This document shows positions 31,254-45,716 of a stretch of 64,000 nucleotides of DNA, piece after piece. Source of the DNA: an uncultured Candidatus Rokubacteria bacterium (GTDB lineage: Bacteria > Methylomirabilota > Methylomirabilia > Rokubacteriales > DASRDR01); contig CAWDVE010000010.1 of NCBI GenBank assembly GCA_963805625.1, positions 1,120,001 through 1,184,000 on the forward strand, read 5' to 3'. Position 1 is the first letter of the stretch. Each line of letters begins with the position of its first letter. A program made the translations under genes and the position numbers. The notes under the pieces are model-generated. The model was not told where the DNA came from. It did not search any database and saw only the letters and a program-made list of their open reading frames with translations.

Positions 31254-31918
31254 AGCTCCAAGCTCGCTGGCTCATCCCGTTCGCTGCGCTTCCGGTCGTG
31301 GGGCTCCTCGCCTACGGTTTCCGCACCGACCCCCGCGCGGTCCCCTCACCCCTGGTCGGCCGCCCGGCTCCGGCCTTCGCGCTGACCACGTTCGACGGCA
31401 AGGCCATCAGCCTGGAGAGCCAGCGCGGCAAGGTCGTCGTCCTGAATTTCTGGGCGTCCTGGTGCTACCCCGCGTGCTACGAGGAGGCGCCGGTCCTCGA
31501 GGCAAACTGGCGACGGGTCGAGGCACAGGGAGGGGTGGTGCTCGGCGTCGCCATCCAGGACAAGAACCCGGCCTCGCTGGAGTTCATCCAGCGCTTCGGT
31601 CTCACCTTCCCCAACGCCCCCGACCCCGCAGGCAAGGTCTCGATCGACTACGGGGTCTACGGCGTGCCCGAGACGTTCGTGATCGACCGGCGAGGGGTGA
31701 TCCGCCGGAAGCACGTCGGCGCCGTCACCGAGGCGGTCTTCCGCGAGTGGGTCGAGCCGCTCCTCGGCGAGAGCGCGGCCATCGGAGGAGCGCAACACAT
31801 CCAACAGGACGAAGGCCGTCAGAATGACCGAAGGCCCGAGGCGGCGTGGCGGGTTGCCAGCTGGATGATCCCGCCGGCCGCCGCAGGCCGGAGGCCGTCG
31901 GATAGGCTTTCCCAATGA
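31250..31918 (+). CDS. ccmG: TlpA/CcmG thiol-disulfide oxidoreductase
   Basis: PSPLVGRPAP, LNFWASWCYPAC, YGVYGVPETF. Confidence 0.9.
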   Translation: MKLQARWLIPFAALPVVGLLAYGFRTDPRAVPSPLVGRPAPAFALTTFDGKAISLESQRGKVVVLNFWASWCYPACYEEAPVLEANWRRVEAQGGVVLGVAIQDKNPASLEFIQRFGLTFPNAPDPAGKVSIDYGVYGVPETFVIDRRGVIRRKHVGAVTEAVFREWVEPLLGESAAIGGAQHIQQDEGRQNDRRPEAAWRVASWMIPPAAAGRRPSDRLSQ

Positions 31919-32394
31919 GCGCGGCAGTGCGGCTCCTGACCGTCTGGCTCCTGATCCTCGCCATGAGCATCGGCGCCGGCCGCCTGACCCTGGCGGCGAC
32001 GGTGAGCGACGAGGAAGTTCACGCCATCGCGACCCAGCTGCGCTGCGTCGTCTGCCAGAACCTCTCGGTCGCCGACTCGCCTTCCGAGATGGCGCGCCAG
32101 ATGCGCGACCTCATCCGGGAGCGGCTGGCGGCGGGGGACCGGCCCGAGCAGGTCATGGCCTACTTCGTCCAGCGCTACGGCGAGTGGGTGCTTCTGGCTC
32201 CCCCGGCCCGTGGGCTCAACCTCCTCCTGTGGCTCGCGCCGTTCGGGGCGGTGGTGGGTGGCCTCGCCCTGGTCGTGACCCTCGCGCGGCGCTGGCGACG
32301 CCACCCGGCTTCGCTGGAGCCGGCGGCAGCCCCCGCCGTGGGTCCGGCCGAGCGCGAGCGGCTCGCCGCCGAGCTCGAGCGTCTAGGTGACTAG
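31915..32394 (+). CDS. ccmH: Cytochrome c biogenesis protein
   Basis: LRCVVCQN, YFVQRYGEWVLLAP. Confidence 0.93.
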   Translation: MSAAVRLLTVWLLILAMSIGAGRLTLAATVSDEEVHAIATQLRCVVCQNLSVADSPSEMARQMRDLIRERLAAGDRPEQVMAYFVQRYGEWVLLAPPARGLNLLLWLAPFGAVVGGLALVVTLARRWRRHPASLEPAAAPAVGPAERERLAAELERLGD

Positions 32395-32406
32395 CGGGAT
32401 TCCCCG

Positions 32407-33360
32407 ATGACGACGGCCCTCCTGACCCTCGCGCTCGCGGTCCCGGCACTGGTCTTCGCCGTCTGGCCGTCCCTCGTGCGCCGGAGCGGCCGAGCCGGTC
32501 TCGTCGCCGCGCCTGCCGACGACGAACGGGCGGGGCTCGAGAACGAGAAGGTCATCGCCCTCCGGGCGCTCCGCGAGCTCGAGCTGGACCGGGTGGCGGG
32601 GCACGTGGACGACGAGGACTATCGCGACCTCCACTCCCGGTACGAAGGCGACGCGGTCGCCGTGCTTCGCCGGCTCGACGCTCTCGGACCGGTCGCGCGA
32701 CCTTCCCGGGGTGTTCCCTCGCCGACGCCGGTCGCCACGACACCCTGGACCCGGCAGCCCGCCGTCCTCGGCGCGATGGGAGTCGGGCTCCTCGTATTCG
32801 GGGTCGTCCTGGGCCTCCTGGTCTCACGCTACTCGACGCCGGCGCCCCCGGAGCCCGACATGACCACCGCCCGGCCCGGGGCGCCCTCCGCCATGGCGCC
32901 GGGATCCACCGGCGGTGGCAGCGGCGGCGGCGGCGCGCCCCGTCCCCTTTCGAAGGAGATGCTCGGGGGGATGCTCCAGGCGGCGCACGCGAGCCTCGAC
33001 GCCGGCCGCTACCAGGAGGCGATCGCCGCCTACACCGCCATCCTCAGGCGCGAGCCGCGGAACGTCGACGCCATCACCCACCTCGGCGTGATCCTCGCCC
33101 TGGCGGGCCACCACGCCGATGCGCTCGAGGCGTTCGACCGGGCGCTCGCCATCGATCCCAACTACTCCCACGCGCTCTGGGACAAGGCGGGGGTCCAGGA
33201 GGCGCGCCAGGACCATGCGGGCGCGGTCGCGACACTCGAGCGCTTCGTGCGCGTCGCGCCGGCGGGGCCCGATCGCGACCGTGCCCAGGAGCGGCTCCGG
33301 GAAGCGAAGGCCCGGCTCGCGGCCACGCCGAAGGCGGGCGCGCCCGTCGTCCGTCCATGA
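32407..33360 (+). CDS. ccmI: CcmI/CycH-like TPR protein
   Basis: TM, LRELELD..G...DY motif, second TM, C-terminal TPRs. Confidence 0.75.
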   Translation: MTTALLTLALAVPALVFAVWPSLVRRSGRAGLVAAPADDERAGLENEKVIALRALRELELDRVAGHVDDEDYRDLHSRYEGDAVAVLRRLDALGPVARPSRGVPSPTPVATTPWTRQPAVLGAMGVGLLVFGVVLGLLVSRYSTPAPPEPDMTTARPGAPSAMAPGSTGGGSGGGGAPRPLSKEMLGGMLQAAHASLDAGRYQEAIAAYTAILRREPRNVDAITHLGVILALAGHHADALEAFDRALAIDPNYSHALWDKAGVQEARQDHAGAVATLERFVRVAPAGPDRDRAQERLREAKARLAATPKAGAPVVRP

Positions 33361-33363
33361 ACA

Positions 33364-33432
33364 CACAGGCGCCACAGGCTGCCACAGGCCAAAGGCCGTC
33401 CGATTGGTACCGTCCGATCGAACCCGTCCGAT
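33364..33432 (+). repeat. Two adjacent direct-repeat arrays: CACAGGC x3 and CCGTCCGAT x3 (14 bp period)
   Basis: CACAGGC at 33364, 33373, 33383; CCGTCCGAT at 33396, 33410, 33424. Confidence 0.8.
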
Positions 33433-33489
33433 CCATCCCAGCGAGAGCCCACGGGCGGCGGGGCCCCTGGACCGGCTAGCCTGGTGAGC

Positions 33490-35508
33490 ATGGTCCCCGA
33501 GCTCGGCGCGGCCGCCCTACTGGCCGCCCTCGTCGTCGCCGCCGCCGGCATGGTCTTCGGCGTCCGTGCGAGCCGCGTGGCGGCCCCGGGATGGCTCGCG
33601 AGCGCGCGGCGGGCGGCAATGGCCCAGTTCGTCCTCGTGACCCTCGCCGTCGTGGCCCTCGAGTACCTCCTGATCACGAGCGATTTCAGCGTCCGGTACG
33701 TCGCCAACACGAGCACGTCGGCGAGCCCGCTGCGCTACAGGATTGCCGGGCTCTGGGGGGCGCTGGAGGGCTCGATCCTTCTCTGGGAGTGGCTGCAAGC
33801 GCTGTTCGTCCTGCTCGTCGCGCGCCGGGCGGCGGCGCTGCGCCGGGAGCTGTCGGGGTACGCGCTGGCCGTGCTCTTCGTCGTCTCCGGGATCTTCCTG
33901 GTGATGATGACGGTGATCGCGAGCCCGTTCGAGCGCCTGGCCGAGCCCGCCCTCGAGGGCCGGGGGCTCAACCCGCTCCTCGAGGTCACCGACATGCTCG
34001 TGCACCCGCTCCTGCTCTACACGGGCTACGTCGGCTTCGTGGTCCCGTTTGCGTTCGCGGTGGCCGCCCTGCTCGCTGGCCGGCTCGACGGCACCTGGCT
34101 CACGTTGACGCGGCGGTGGACCGTCACCGCGTGGCTGTTCCTCACCGCCGGAGTGCTGTACGGCGGCTGGTGGTCATACCGGACGCTGGGGTGGGGCGGG
34201 TACTGGGCATGGGATCCGGTGGAGAACGCTTCGTTCATGCCCTGGCTCATGGGAACAGCGTTCGTGCACTCGGTCATGGTCCAGGAGCGGCGTCCGATGT
34301 TGAAGATCTGGAACATGGCCCTGATCACCCTCACCTTCGCGCTCACGATCTTCGGGACCTTCCTCACCCGGAGCGGCGTGATCTCGTCGGTCCACGCATT
34401 CGCCAGCGGCGCCATCGGCCCCTTCCTCCTGGCCTACTTGGCCGCGATCCTGCTGACGTCCCTCGGGCTCCTCGTCTGGCGTTGGGACCGGCTCGGGGAG
34501 CGCGCGGAGCTCGACGCCCTGCTGTCGCGCGAGTCCGTGTTCCTCGTGAACAACGTGCTGCTCGTGGCCTTCTGCTTCACCGTGTTCATGGGCACGATCT
34601 TCCCGCTCCTCTCGGAAGCCGTGACGGGGGCCAAGGTGTCGGTCGGCACGCCGTACTTCAACTGGGTGAGCGTGCCCATCCTGCTCGTCACGCTCCTGCT
34701 GATGGGGGCGGGCCCGCTGGTCCCCTGGCGGCGCGGGTCGTGGCCGGTCCTGGGGCGCATCCTCCAGGGGCCCGCCGCCGTCGCCCTCGGCGCGAGCCTC
34801 CTCACGTGGCTGGTCGGGGGGCTTCCGCTCGGGCTCGTGGGTCTCGGCTACACGCTCCCGTACTTCGTGGCCGCCATCGTGCTGGGCGAGCTCTGGCGTG
34901 CGGCGCGGGGCCGCCGCCGCGCGACCGGCGAGCCCTGGCCGACGGCCATCGGCCGACTCCTCGCGCAGAACCACCGGCGCTACGGCGGGCTCGTGGTCCA
35001 CCTCGGCGTGGTCCTGGTCGCGATCGGCGTCGCCACGTCGACCGTGGGCAAGCTCGAGCGCGAGGCGACTCTGAAGAAGGGAGAGACGCTCGAGCTCGGG
35101 CGGTACGCCGTGCGCTTCACCGGGCTCTCGGCCGGGGAGCAGCCGACGCACCTCCTGGTCCAGGCCGCCCTGGAGGTGAGCGAGGCCGGCCGGCCCGCGG
35201 GGACGCTCCGGCCGGGCCAGCGGCTCTACCGGGGATCCACCTCGCCGTTCGCGTCCGTCGCGGTGCGATACGGCTTCGTCCGAGACTTCTACGTGATTCT
35301 CGGCGCGTTCGACCGCCAGGGCGAATGGGCCCAGATCAAGGCTCAGGTTCACCCGATGGTCGCGTGGATCTGGCTGGGAGGGCTGGTGATCCTCATGGGC
35401 GGCGGCCTCGCGCTGTGGCCAGCGGGACGGCGGGCGCCGGTGACGGTGCGAGCCCCGGCCGGAGCGGCGATCGCCGGGGGTGGCGGCCCGGAGCCCCCGC
35501 GCGATTGA
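33490..35508 (+). CDS. ccmF: Cytochrome c heme lyase
   Basis: EGSILLW, WGGYWAWDPVENASFMPW, TRSGVISSVHAF, HLG. Confidence 0.96.
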   Translation: MVPELGAAALLAALVVAAAGMVFGVRASRVAAPGWLASARRAAMAQFVLVTLAVVALEYLLITSDFSVRYVANTSTSASPLRYRIAGLWGALEGSILLWEWLQALFVLLVARRAAALRRELSGYALAVLFVVSGIFLVMMTVIASPFERLAEPALEGRGLNPLLEVTDMLVHPLLLYTGYVGFVVPFAFAVAALLAGRLDGTWLTLTRRWTVTAWLFLTAGVLYGGWWSYRTLGWGGYWAWDPVENASFMPWLMGTAFVHSVMVQERRPMLKIWNMALITLTFALTIFGTFLTRSGVISSVHAFASGAIGPFLLAYLAAILLTSLGLLVWRWDRLGERAELDALLSRESVFLVNNVLLVAFCFTVFMGTIFPLLSEAVTGAKVSVGTPYFNWVSVPILLVTLLLMGAGPLVPWRRGSWPVLGRILQGPAAVALGASLLTWLVGGLPLGLVGLGYTLPYFVAAIVLGELWRAARGRRRATGEPWPTAIGRLLAQNHRRYGGLVVHLGVVLVAIGVATSTVGKLEREATLKKGETLELGRYAVRFTGLSAGEQPTHLLVQAALEVSEAGRPAGTLRPGQRLYRGSTSPFASVAVRYGFVRDFYVILGAFDRQGEWAQIKAQVHPMVAWIWLGGLVILMGGGLALWPAGRRAPVTVRAPAGAAIAGGGGPEPPRD

Positions 35509-35541
35509 CGGTCACGAGGTCCGGTGCTCTAATCCGCCCCT

Positions 35542-38558
<3,017 letters not shown>

Positions 38559-38571
38559 GAGGAGGCGCCCC

Positions 38572-39198
38572 ATGATGAAGCTCGCGGCAGTCCTGCTCGT
38601 CGCCATGGCGGCTGCGCCCCAGGCCGAGCAGGCGGGGCTGCTCGAGCGGCTCCGGAACGGCGCGGTCGAGGAGCGGCGGATCGCCGCCGGGCGGCTCGGC
38701 CAGATCGGCGACGATGGGGCGACCGCGGGGCTCGTCCAGGCGCTCCACGACCCCGACTCCACCGTCCGCAGCGAGGCCCACGACTCGCTGTGGGCGATCT
38801 GGCACCGCTCCGGCGACCCCGCGATCGACACCCTCCTCGGGCAGGGCATCGCCCTCATGCAGGCCGGCCGCCTGCCGGAATCGGTCGCGGTCTTCAGCGA
38901 GGTGATCGCTCGGGCGCCCGGATTCGCGGAGGGCTGGAACAAGCGTGCGACCGCGTACTACATGATGGGTGAGCTCGACCGCTCGCTGGCCGACTGCGAG
39001 GAGGTCGTGAAGCGCAACCCGGCCCACTTCGGAGCGCTGTCCGGCTTCGGCCTGATCTACCTCCAGAAGGAGGACCTGCCCCGAGCCGCGGAGTACTTCG
39101 AGAAGGCCCTGGCGGTGGACCCCACCCTCGCCCAGGTGGAGGCCGTCCTGGAGCGGATCCGGGAAGTCCTCCGACAACGACGCCAGCAGTCCATCTGA
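38572..39198 (+). CDS. Exported HEAT + TPR repeat protein
   Basis: Signal peptide, HEAT repeat, AEGWNKRAT and HFGALSG TPR motifs. Confidence 0.8.
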   Translation: MMKLAAVLLVAMAAAPQAEQAGLLERLRNGAVEERRIAAGRLGQIGDDGATAGLVQALHDPDSTVRSEAHDSLWAIWHRSGDPAIDTLLGQGIALMQAGRLPESVAVFSEVIARAPGFAEGWNKRATAYYMMGELDRSLADCEEVVKRNPAHFGALSGFGLIYLQKEDLPRAAEYFEKALAVDPTLAQVEAVLERIREVLRQRRQQSI

Positions 39199-39229
39199 AT
39201 CGAGACCGACCAAGACCAACGGAGGACGC

Positions 39230-39925
39230 ATGACCCCCCTCGACCCCCAGGTGCTCGCCGAGCTCTCCCGCATCTCCTCTCCGACCATCGCCAACGCGAT
39301 CGAGACCTTCAACGTGAAGCCCTGGAACACGGGCTTCGTGTCCTCAGACATCGTCTGCCGATTCCCGCGGCTTCCGGCCATGGTGGGGTACGCGGTGACG
39401 GCGCTGATCCGGGCGGAGCCGCAGCCCATCGAGGGCCACCGCGCCAACGAGTTCGCCTGGTGGGAGCACGTGGCGGCGAGCCCCGGTCCGCGCGTGGTCG
39501 TGATGCACGACATCGACGAGCCGCGCGGCCAGGGCGCGTACTGGGGGGAGGTGCAGGCCAACATCCACCGGGCGCTCGGGTGCCTCGGGGTGGTGACCGA
39601 CGGGACCGTGCGCGACCTGCCGGAGGCCGAGGCCGCCGGCTTCCACTTCTTCTCGGCGCATGTGTCCGTGTCCCACGCGTACGTCCACATGGTCGACTTC
39701 GGCGCTCCCGTCAAGGTCGGCGGTCTGTGGATCCGGCCGGGGGACCTCCTGCACGGCGACCAGCACGGTGTCGTGGTCGTGCCTCCCGAGATCGCCGCCA
39801 AGATCCCGGAGGCGGCGGCCCGGATCGAGGCGCGTGAGCGCAAGATGATCGCGGTATGCCAGAAGCCCGGCGTGACGGTCGAGGACCTCAAGGCCGCTCG
39901 CACGGCCATGCGGCAATCGTACTGA
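39230..39925 (+). CDS. RraA / HMG aldolase family protein
   Basis: VGYAVTA, WGEV, VTDGTVRD, PGDLLHGDQHGVV. Confidence 0.85.
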   Translation: MTPLDPQVLAELSRISSPTIANAIETFNVKPWNTGFVSSDIVCRFPRLPAMVGYAVTALIRAEPQPIEGHRANEFAWWEHVAASPGPRVVVMHDIDEPRGQGAYWGEVQANIHRALGCLGVVTDGTVRDLPEAEAAGFHFFSAHVSVSHAYVHMVDFGAPVKVGGLWIRPGDLLHGDQHGVVVVPPEIAAKIPEAAARIEARERKMIAVCQKPGVTVEDLKAARTAMRQSY

Positions 39926-39928
39926 GCC

Positions 39929-41347
<1,419 letters not shown>

Positions 41348-41382
41348 GCCCCGGCGCTCGACGGACCGGGATCGCCGCCCCC

Positions 41383-41706
41383 TCAGCGGGTACCCTGGCC
41401 GGAGCGCGAGGATGGGCGACCGCTCCGGATGTCCAGGTAGAGGTTGTAAACCGCGATGAGCGCCGGGAACAGGTTGGACAGGATGCCGACCGAGTCGTTC
41501 TTCCCCCAGGTGAAGTAGGCGAGCAGCAGGGCGCTGCCGGTCACGCTCATGTACCAGAACATCCGCGGCACCGTCGGCCGGCCCTCGGCGCGCGAAGCGT
41601 ACAGCTGGACCAGCCAGCGGCCGGTGAACAGGGCCAGACCCAGGTAGCCGACGAGCTTCCAGGGGGTGAGCGTTACTCCGAAGTAGCTCGTGATCACGTC
41701 GCGCAT
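41383..41706 (-). CDS. Lipid A biosynthesis N-terminal domain (LAB_N) small membrane protein
   Basis: FTGRWLVQLYAS...PRMFWYMS...LLLAYF...NDSVG. Confidence 0.8.
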   Translation of the reverse strand: MRDVITSYFGVTLTPWKLVGYLGLALFTGRWLVQLYASRAEGRPTVPRMFWYMSVTGSALLLAYFTWGKNDSVGILSNLFPALIAVYNLYLDIRSGRPSSRSGQGTR

Positions 41707-41762
41707 AAGCATCCCGCCCCGTCGGAGACGCCGGCACGCGCCCCGGGCCGGCGGGCCGCCGG

Positions 41763-43193
41763 CTACCGGTGCTCGCCGACCCGGTGGAGCTTCAGCAGGT
41801 TGACCGTGCCGCGCACCGCGAGGGGCGCGCCCCCCACGATGACCAGGATGTCGTTGTAGCGCACCGACCGGTCCGCGAGCAGGCTCGCCTCGATGTCCGT
41901 CACCATCTGGTCAATGGAACTCTGCGACTTGATGAGCCGCGAGATGACGCCCCAGTCGAGGGCCAGCCGCCGCCGCACACGCTCGTTGGGCGTAAACGCG
42001 ATGATAGGGACCGGCGGCCGGTCCTGGGAGATGAGCCGCGCGGTGGAGCCCGACTGGGTGAACGCGACGATCGCGCGGGCCTTGAGCTCCCGCGCGGCGA
42101 ACGACGCCGAGTCCGAGATCGCCTGGGGGAACGACACCTCGCCACGCCGCGGGCGGTCCATCGTCTGCGACGGGAAGGCCGTTTCGGTCCGCCGGATGAT
42201 GCGGTCGAGGACCCGCACGGCCTCGACGGGGTACGCGCCGGTCGCCGACTCCGCGGACAGCATCACCGCGTCCGTGCCGTCCAGCACCGCGTTGGCGACA
42301 TCCGAGACCTCGGCGCGCGTGGGACGGAGGCTCGCGACCATGGACTCCAGCATCTGGGTGGCCACGATCACCGGGGTCCGCGCCAGGCGCGCTTTCCGGA
42401 GGATCTCCTTCTGGGCGATCGGAACCTCCTCGAGCGGGACCTCGACCCCGAGGTCGCCGCGCGCCACCATGACCGCGGCGGTGGCGTTCAGGATCTCGTC
42501 GAGGCGCCCGAGGGCCTCGGGCCGCTCCAGCTTGGCGACGACCTGAACGTCGGAGCGGAACTCGTTGATGACTTCCCGAACCTCCAGGAGGTCCGCCCCC
42601 GACCGCACGAACGAGACCCCGACGTAGTCGACGCCGTGCCGGAGGCCGAACTGAAGGTCCTCGCGGTCCTTCTCGGTCAGGATGGGGAGGCGGAGCGTCG
42701 TGCGGGGGAGGTTCACGCCCTTGTGATCCCGGACCATCCCCCCCGTCGCGACACGGCAGAGGACGTCCTGGTCCCGTACGTCCTCGACGTCCAGCGCGAT
42801 CCGGCCGTCGTCGATTAGCACGCGGTCCCCTGCCTTCACGTCCTGGGCGAAGCCGGCGTAGGAGATGCTCGCCCGCTCGGCCGTGCCCGGGACGGTCTCC
42901 GTCGTCAGGACGAAGGCGTCCCCGCGCCGCAGCATCACGGCCCCGCCGCCAGCGAACGTGCCCAGGCGAATCTTGGGACCCTGGAGGTCCTGGAGGATCG
43001 CTATGGGCTTCCCGATCCTGACCTCCACGGACCGGATGCGCTCCATCGCCTGCAGGTGCTCCCCGTGGGTGCCGTGGGAGAAGTTCAGGCGGGCCACGTC
43101 CATCCCGGCCCGCGCCATCTGCTCGATGATGCCCTCGGCGATGGACGCCGGCCCGATGGTGCAGACGATCTTGGCGAAGCGCTCCCGGGACAT
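41763..43193 (-). CDS. pyk: Pyruvate kinase
   Basis: KIVCTIGP, RLNFSHG, DLQGPKIR, MVARGDLG, ATQMLESM, PTRAE. Confidence 0.97.
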   Translation of the reverse strand: MSRERFAKIVCTIGPASIAEGIIEQMARAGMDVARLNFSHGTHGEHLQAMERIRSVEVRIGKPIAILQDLQGPKIRLGTFAGGGAVMLRRGDAFVLTTETVPGTAERASISYAGFAQDVKAGDRVLIDDGRIALDVEDVRDQDVLCRVATGGMVRDHKGVNLPRTTLRLPILTEKDREDLQFGLRHGVDYVGVSFVRSGADLLEVREVINEFRSDVQVVAKLERPEALGRLDEILNATAAVMVARGDLGVEVPLEEVPIAQKEILRKARLARTPVIVATQMLESMVASLRPTRAEVSDVANAVLDGTDAVMLSAESATGAYPVEAVRVLDRIIRRTETAFPSQTMDRPRRGEVSFPQAISDSASFAARELKARAIVAFTQSGSTARLISQDRPPVPIIAFTPNERVRRRLALDWGVISRLIKSQSSIDQMVTDIEASLLADRSVRYNDILVIVGGAPLAVRGTVNLLKLHRVGEHR

Positions 43194-43277
43194 CGTCAGG
43201 CCGTTCCCGGGACGGCCAGGGCACTGGGCGCCATCGGCTGCCGCGTCATCCCGGCCGGCAGGAGCGGGTCGCGCACG

Positions 43278-44516
43278 TCAGAAGGCTCCCTTGTCCAGGC
43301 TGTAGAAGTTCCCATAGATCGACTCACAGGCCTCTCTGAGCCGCCGGCGCTCTGCGTAGCGAGGGCCGAACCGGTCCAGCGCCTGGCTGCTCGTGTCGGC
43401 CCGCGTCCGCCCCTCCAGGACCAGCTCGCTCAGCCACTCCCCCACGAGGAGCGACCCTGCGATCCCGATCGCGTTGCACCCCGCCGCGACCCAGAGCCCG
43501 CGGGCGGTCGGGACGGCGCCGAGCAGATAGTTGCCATCCGGCGTGAAGGTCGGCAGCCCGGCGCAGCCCTTGAGAACCGGGGCGCCCGCGAGCGCCGGAA
43601 ACGCGCGGGTGAGGCCGCCGGCGAGCTCCTCCAGCACCCCCAGATCCTTCTCGGTGTGCTCGATCTCAAACGTGAGCGGCAGCTCCGTCATCGAGAAGGC
43701 CTTGGGATGCGCCTCGAAGCCGCCGAGCATGAGGCCCCCGACCTCAGGCCGGATGTAGACAGAGGCATCCGGTACGCGGACCACCGGCAGGTTCGCCGGC
43801 ACGTCAGCCATCGGCGCCGTTGTCCAGTGTTGGTGCCGCAACGGCACCGTGTCCACCGCCAGCCCCACCGCGTCCGTGACTCGCTCGACCCAGGGCCCCG
43901 CGGCCACGATCACGCGCGGGGACAAGAGCACGCCCGCCGGCGTGTCCACGCCGCGCACCACACCCCCCCGATCCAGCTGGATCGCGGTCACCGGCCGGTC
44001 CGTCTCGAAGATCACCCCGAGGCGCCGGGCAGCGCGCGCGATCGTCATAGCCAGCGTGTAGGGCTCGACGTACCCGTCCCCGGGAATCCACGCCGCTGCC
44101 TTGACGCCGGCGGTGTCGAGGAAGGGCACGCGGGCGCTCGCCCATTTGGGCGTCAGCAGCTCGACCTCGAGACCCCACGCCCGCGCGTTGGCGACGTGCT
44201 CCTCGAGCTCCCGGACTCGCCCGTCCGTCAGCGCGAGCTTGAGGCTCCCCACCTGCCGGAACCCACTCTCCTCGCCGTGCTCAGCCGCCCAGTGCTCGAG
44301 ACGATCGACGACATGGCGGATGGACCGGACCATGAGCTCGCTCGAGCGGAGCTGGCCGACGAGCCCCGCCGCCTGCGGGGTGTTCCCGCACGCGAGCTCG
44401 CGCCGCTCCAGGACCACGACGTCGCGTAGACCGGCCCGCGCCAGATGATAGGCGATCGAGCAGCCCCAGATGCCGCCGCCAATCACGACGGCGGCGGCTT
44501 CGCGTGCGGGACTCAT
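43278..44516 (-). CDS. FAD-dependent oxidoreductase (DAO / sarcosine-dimethylglycine dehydrogenase N-terminal-like)
   Basis: IGGGIWG, AAGLV, FTPDG; no GcvT domain. Confidence 0.85.
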   Translation of the reverse strand: MSPAREAAAVVIGGGIWGCSIAYHLARAGLRDVVVLERRELACGNTPQAAGLVGQLRSSELMVRSIRHVVDRLEHWAAEHGEESGFRQVGSLKLALTDGRVRELEEHVANARAWGLEVELLTPKWASARVPFLDTAGVKAAAWIPGDGYVEPYTLAMTIARAARRLGVIFETDRPVTAIQLDRGGVVRGVDTPAGVLLSPRVIVAAGPWVERVTDAVGLAVDTVPLRHQHWTTAPMADVPANLPVVRVPDASVYIRPEVGGLMLGGFEAHPKAFSMTELPLTFEIEHTEKDLGVLEELAGGLTRAFPALAGAPVLKGCAGLPTFTPDGNYLLGAVPTARGLWVAAGCNAIGIAGSLLVGEWLSELVLEGRTRADTSSQALDRFGPRYAERRRLREACESIYGNFYSLDKGAF

Positions 44517-44564
44517 GAGACGTCGGGGATGTGCCAGCCAGGCTGGGCGGGCAAGCGGCGAGGA

Positions 44565-45572
44565 CTACGACGCAGCGGCCGACGCCGCCTGCTTCTGCCG
44601 CGCGATCTCGAGGAGCTCGTGGGGCAACCCGAAGCGGACATCCTCCTCCACCACGCGGAACTCTCGCACCGCCGGCGCGCCGCGGGCCCCGAGGTAGTCC
44701 ACCACCTCGCGCACGAGGAACTCCGGCGTCGACGCGCCGGCCGTCACGCCGATGCGGGTACACCCATCGAGCCACTCCGAGCGGATGTCGCGGACGTCGT
44801 TGATGAGCCGCGCGCGCGTGCCTAGCGTCTCGGCGACCTCTCGGAGCCGGTTCGCGTTCGAGCTGTTCGCCGCGCCCAGCACCAGCACCAGGTCCACGTC
44901 GTTCGCAAGCTGCTTGACGGCCGCCTGCCGGTTCTGCGTCGCGTAGCAGATGTCGTCACGCGCCGGCCCAAGAATGGCCGGGAACCGGCGGCGGAGCACC
45001 TCGATGACGGCCTTCGTGTCGTCCACCGACAGCGTCGTCTGCGTCAGGTAGGCAACCTTCGCGGGGTCCTCGACGGTCAGCTGCTCCGCCTCCTCGACCG
45101 AGTCGATGACCACGATGCGCCGGGGCGCCTCTCCGAGGGTCCCGATCACCTCGTCGTGGTCCGCGTGGCCGACGAGCACGATCGTGCGCCCTTCCTTCGC
45201 GTACCGGATGGCCTCCAAGTGGACCTTCGTGACCAGGGGGCACGTCGCGTCGATCACGCGGAGGCGCCGCGTCGTCGCAGACTCCCGCACGGCGGGCGAT
45301 ACCCCGTGGGCGCTGAAGATGACCGTCGCGCCCTCCGGCACCTCGTCGAGCTCCTCCACGAAGACGGCGCCCTTTTCCCGGAGTGCCTCGACCACGTGCC
45401 GGTTGTGGACGATCTCGCGCCGGACGTAGATGGGCACGCCGACGACCTCGAGGGCCTGCTCGACGATCTCGATGGCCCGCTCGACGCCGGCACAGAAGCC
45501 CCGCGGCCCCGCCAGGACGATCTCGGCGAGCGATGTGGGAATCGAGGGCTCCTCGTGGCCCGCTGTTCGCAT
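44565..45572 (-). CDS. ispH: 4-hydroxy-3-methylbut-2-enyl diphosphate reductase
   Basis: [43 protein letters not shown]. Confidence 0.96.
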   Translation of the reverse strand: MRTAGHEEPSIPTSLAEIVLAGPRGFCAGVERAIEIVEQALEVVGVPIYVRREIVHNRHVVEALREKGAVFVEELDEVPEGATVIFSAHGVSPAVRESATTRRLRVIDATCPLVTKVHLEAIRYAKEGRTIVLVGHADHDEVIGTLGEAPRRIVVIDSVEEAEQLTVEDPAKVAYLTQTTLSVDDTKAVIEVLRRRFPAILGPARDDICYATQNRQAAVKQLANDVDLVLVLGAANSSNANRLREVAETLGTRARLINDVRDIRSEWLDGCTRIGVTAGASTPEFLVREVVDYLGARGAPAVREFRVVEEDVRFGLPHELLEIARQKQAASAAAS

Positions 45573-45716
45573 GGACTCTCAGTATAGAGGCCGCGGGCCG
45601 GGGGACGCAAGCAACGCCCGGCGCGTGCTGGCCGTCACCGGAACAGGTAGTTCACTTTCAGGCCGGGCGCGCGCTCGGCTCGCGATGCGACCCGTCACCC
45701 CCCGCGATCGCCGGCG

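Noticed and set aside
33364-33432. CRISPR array
   Set aside because: Repeats are 7-9 nt with spacers of 5 nt or less, and there are no cas genes. No CRISPR, tRNA or rRNA was recognised anywhere in the window.
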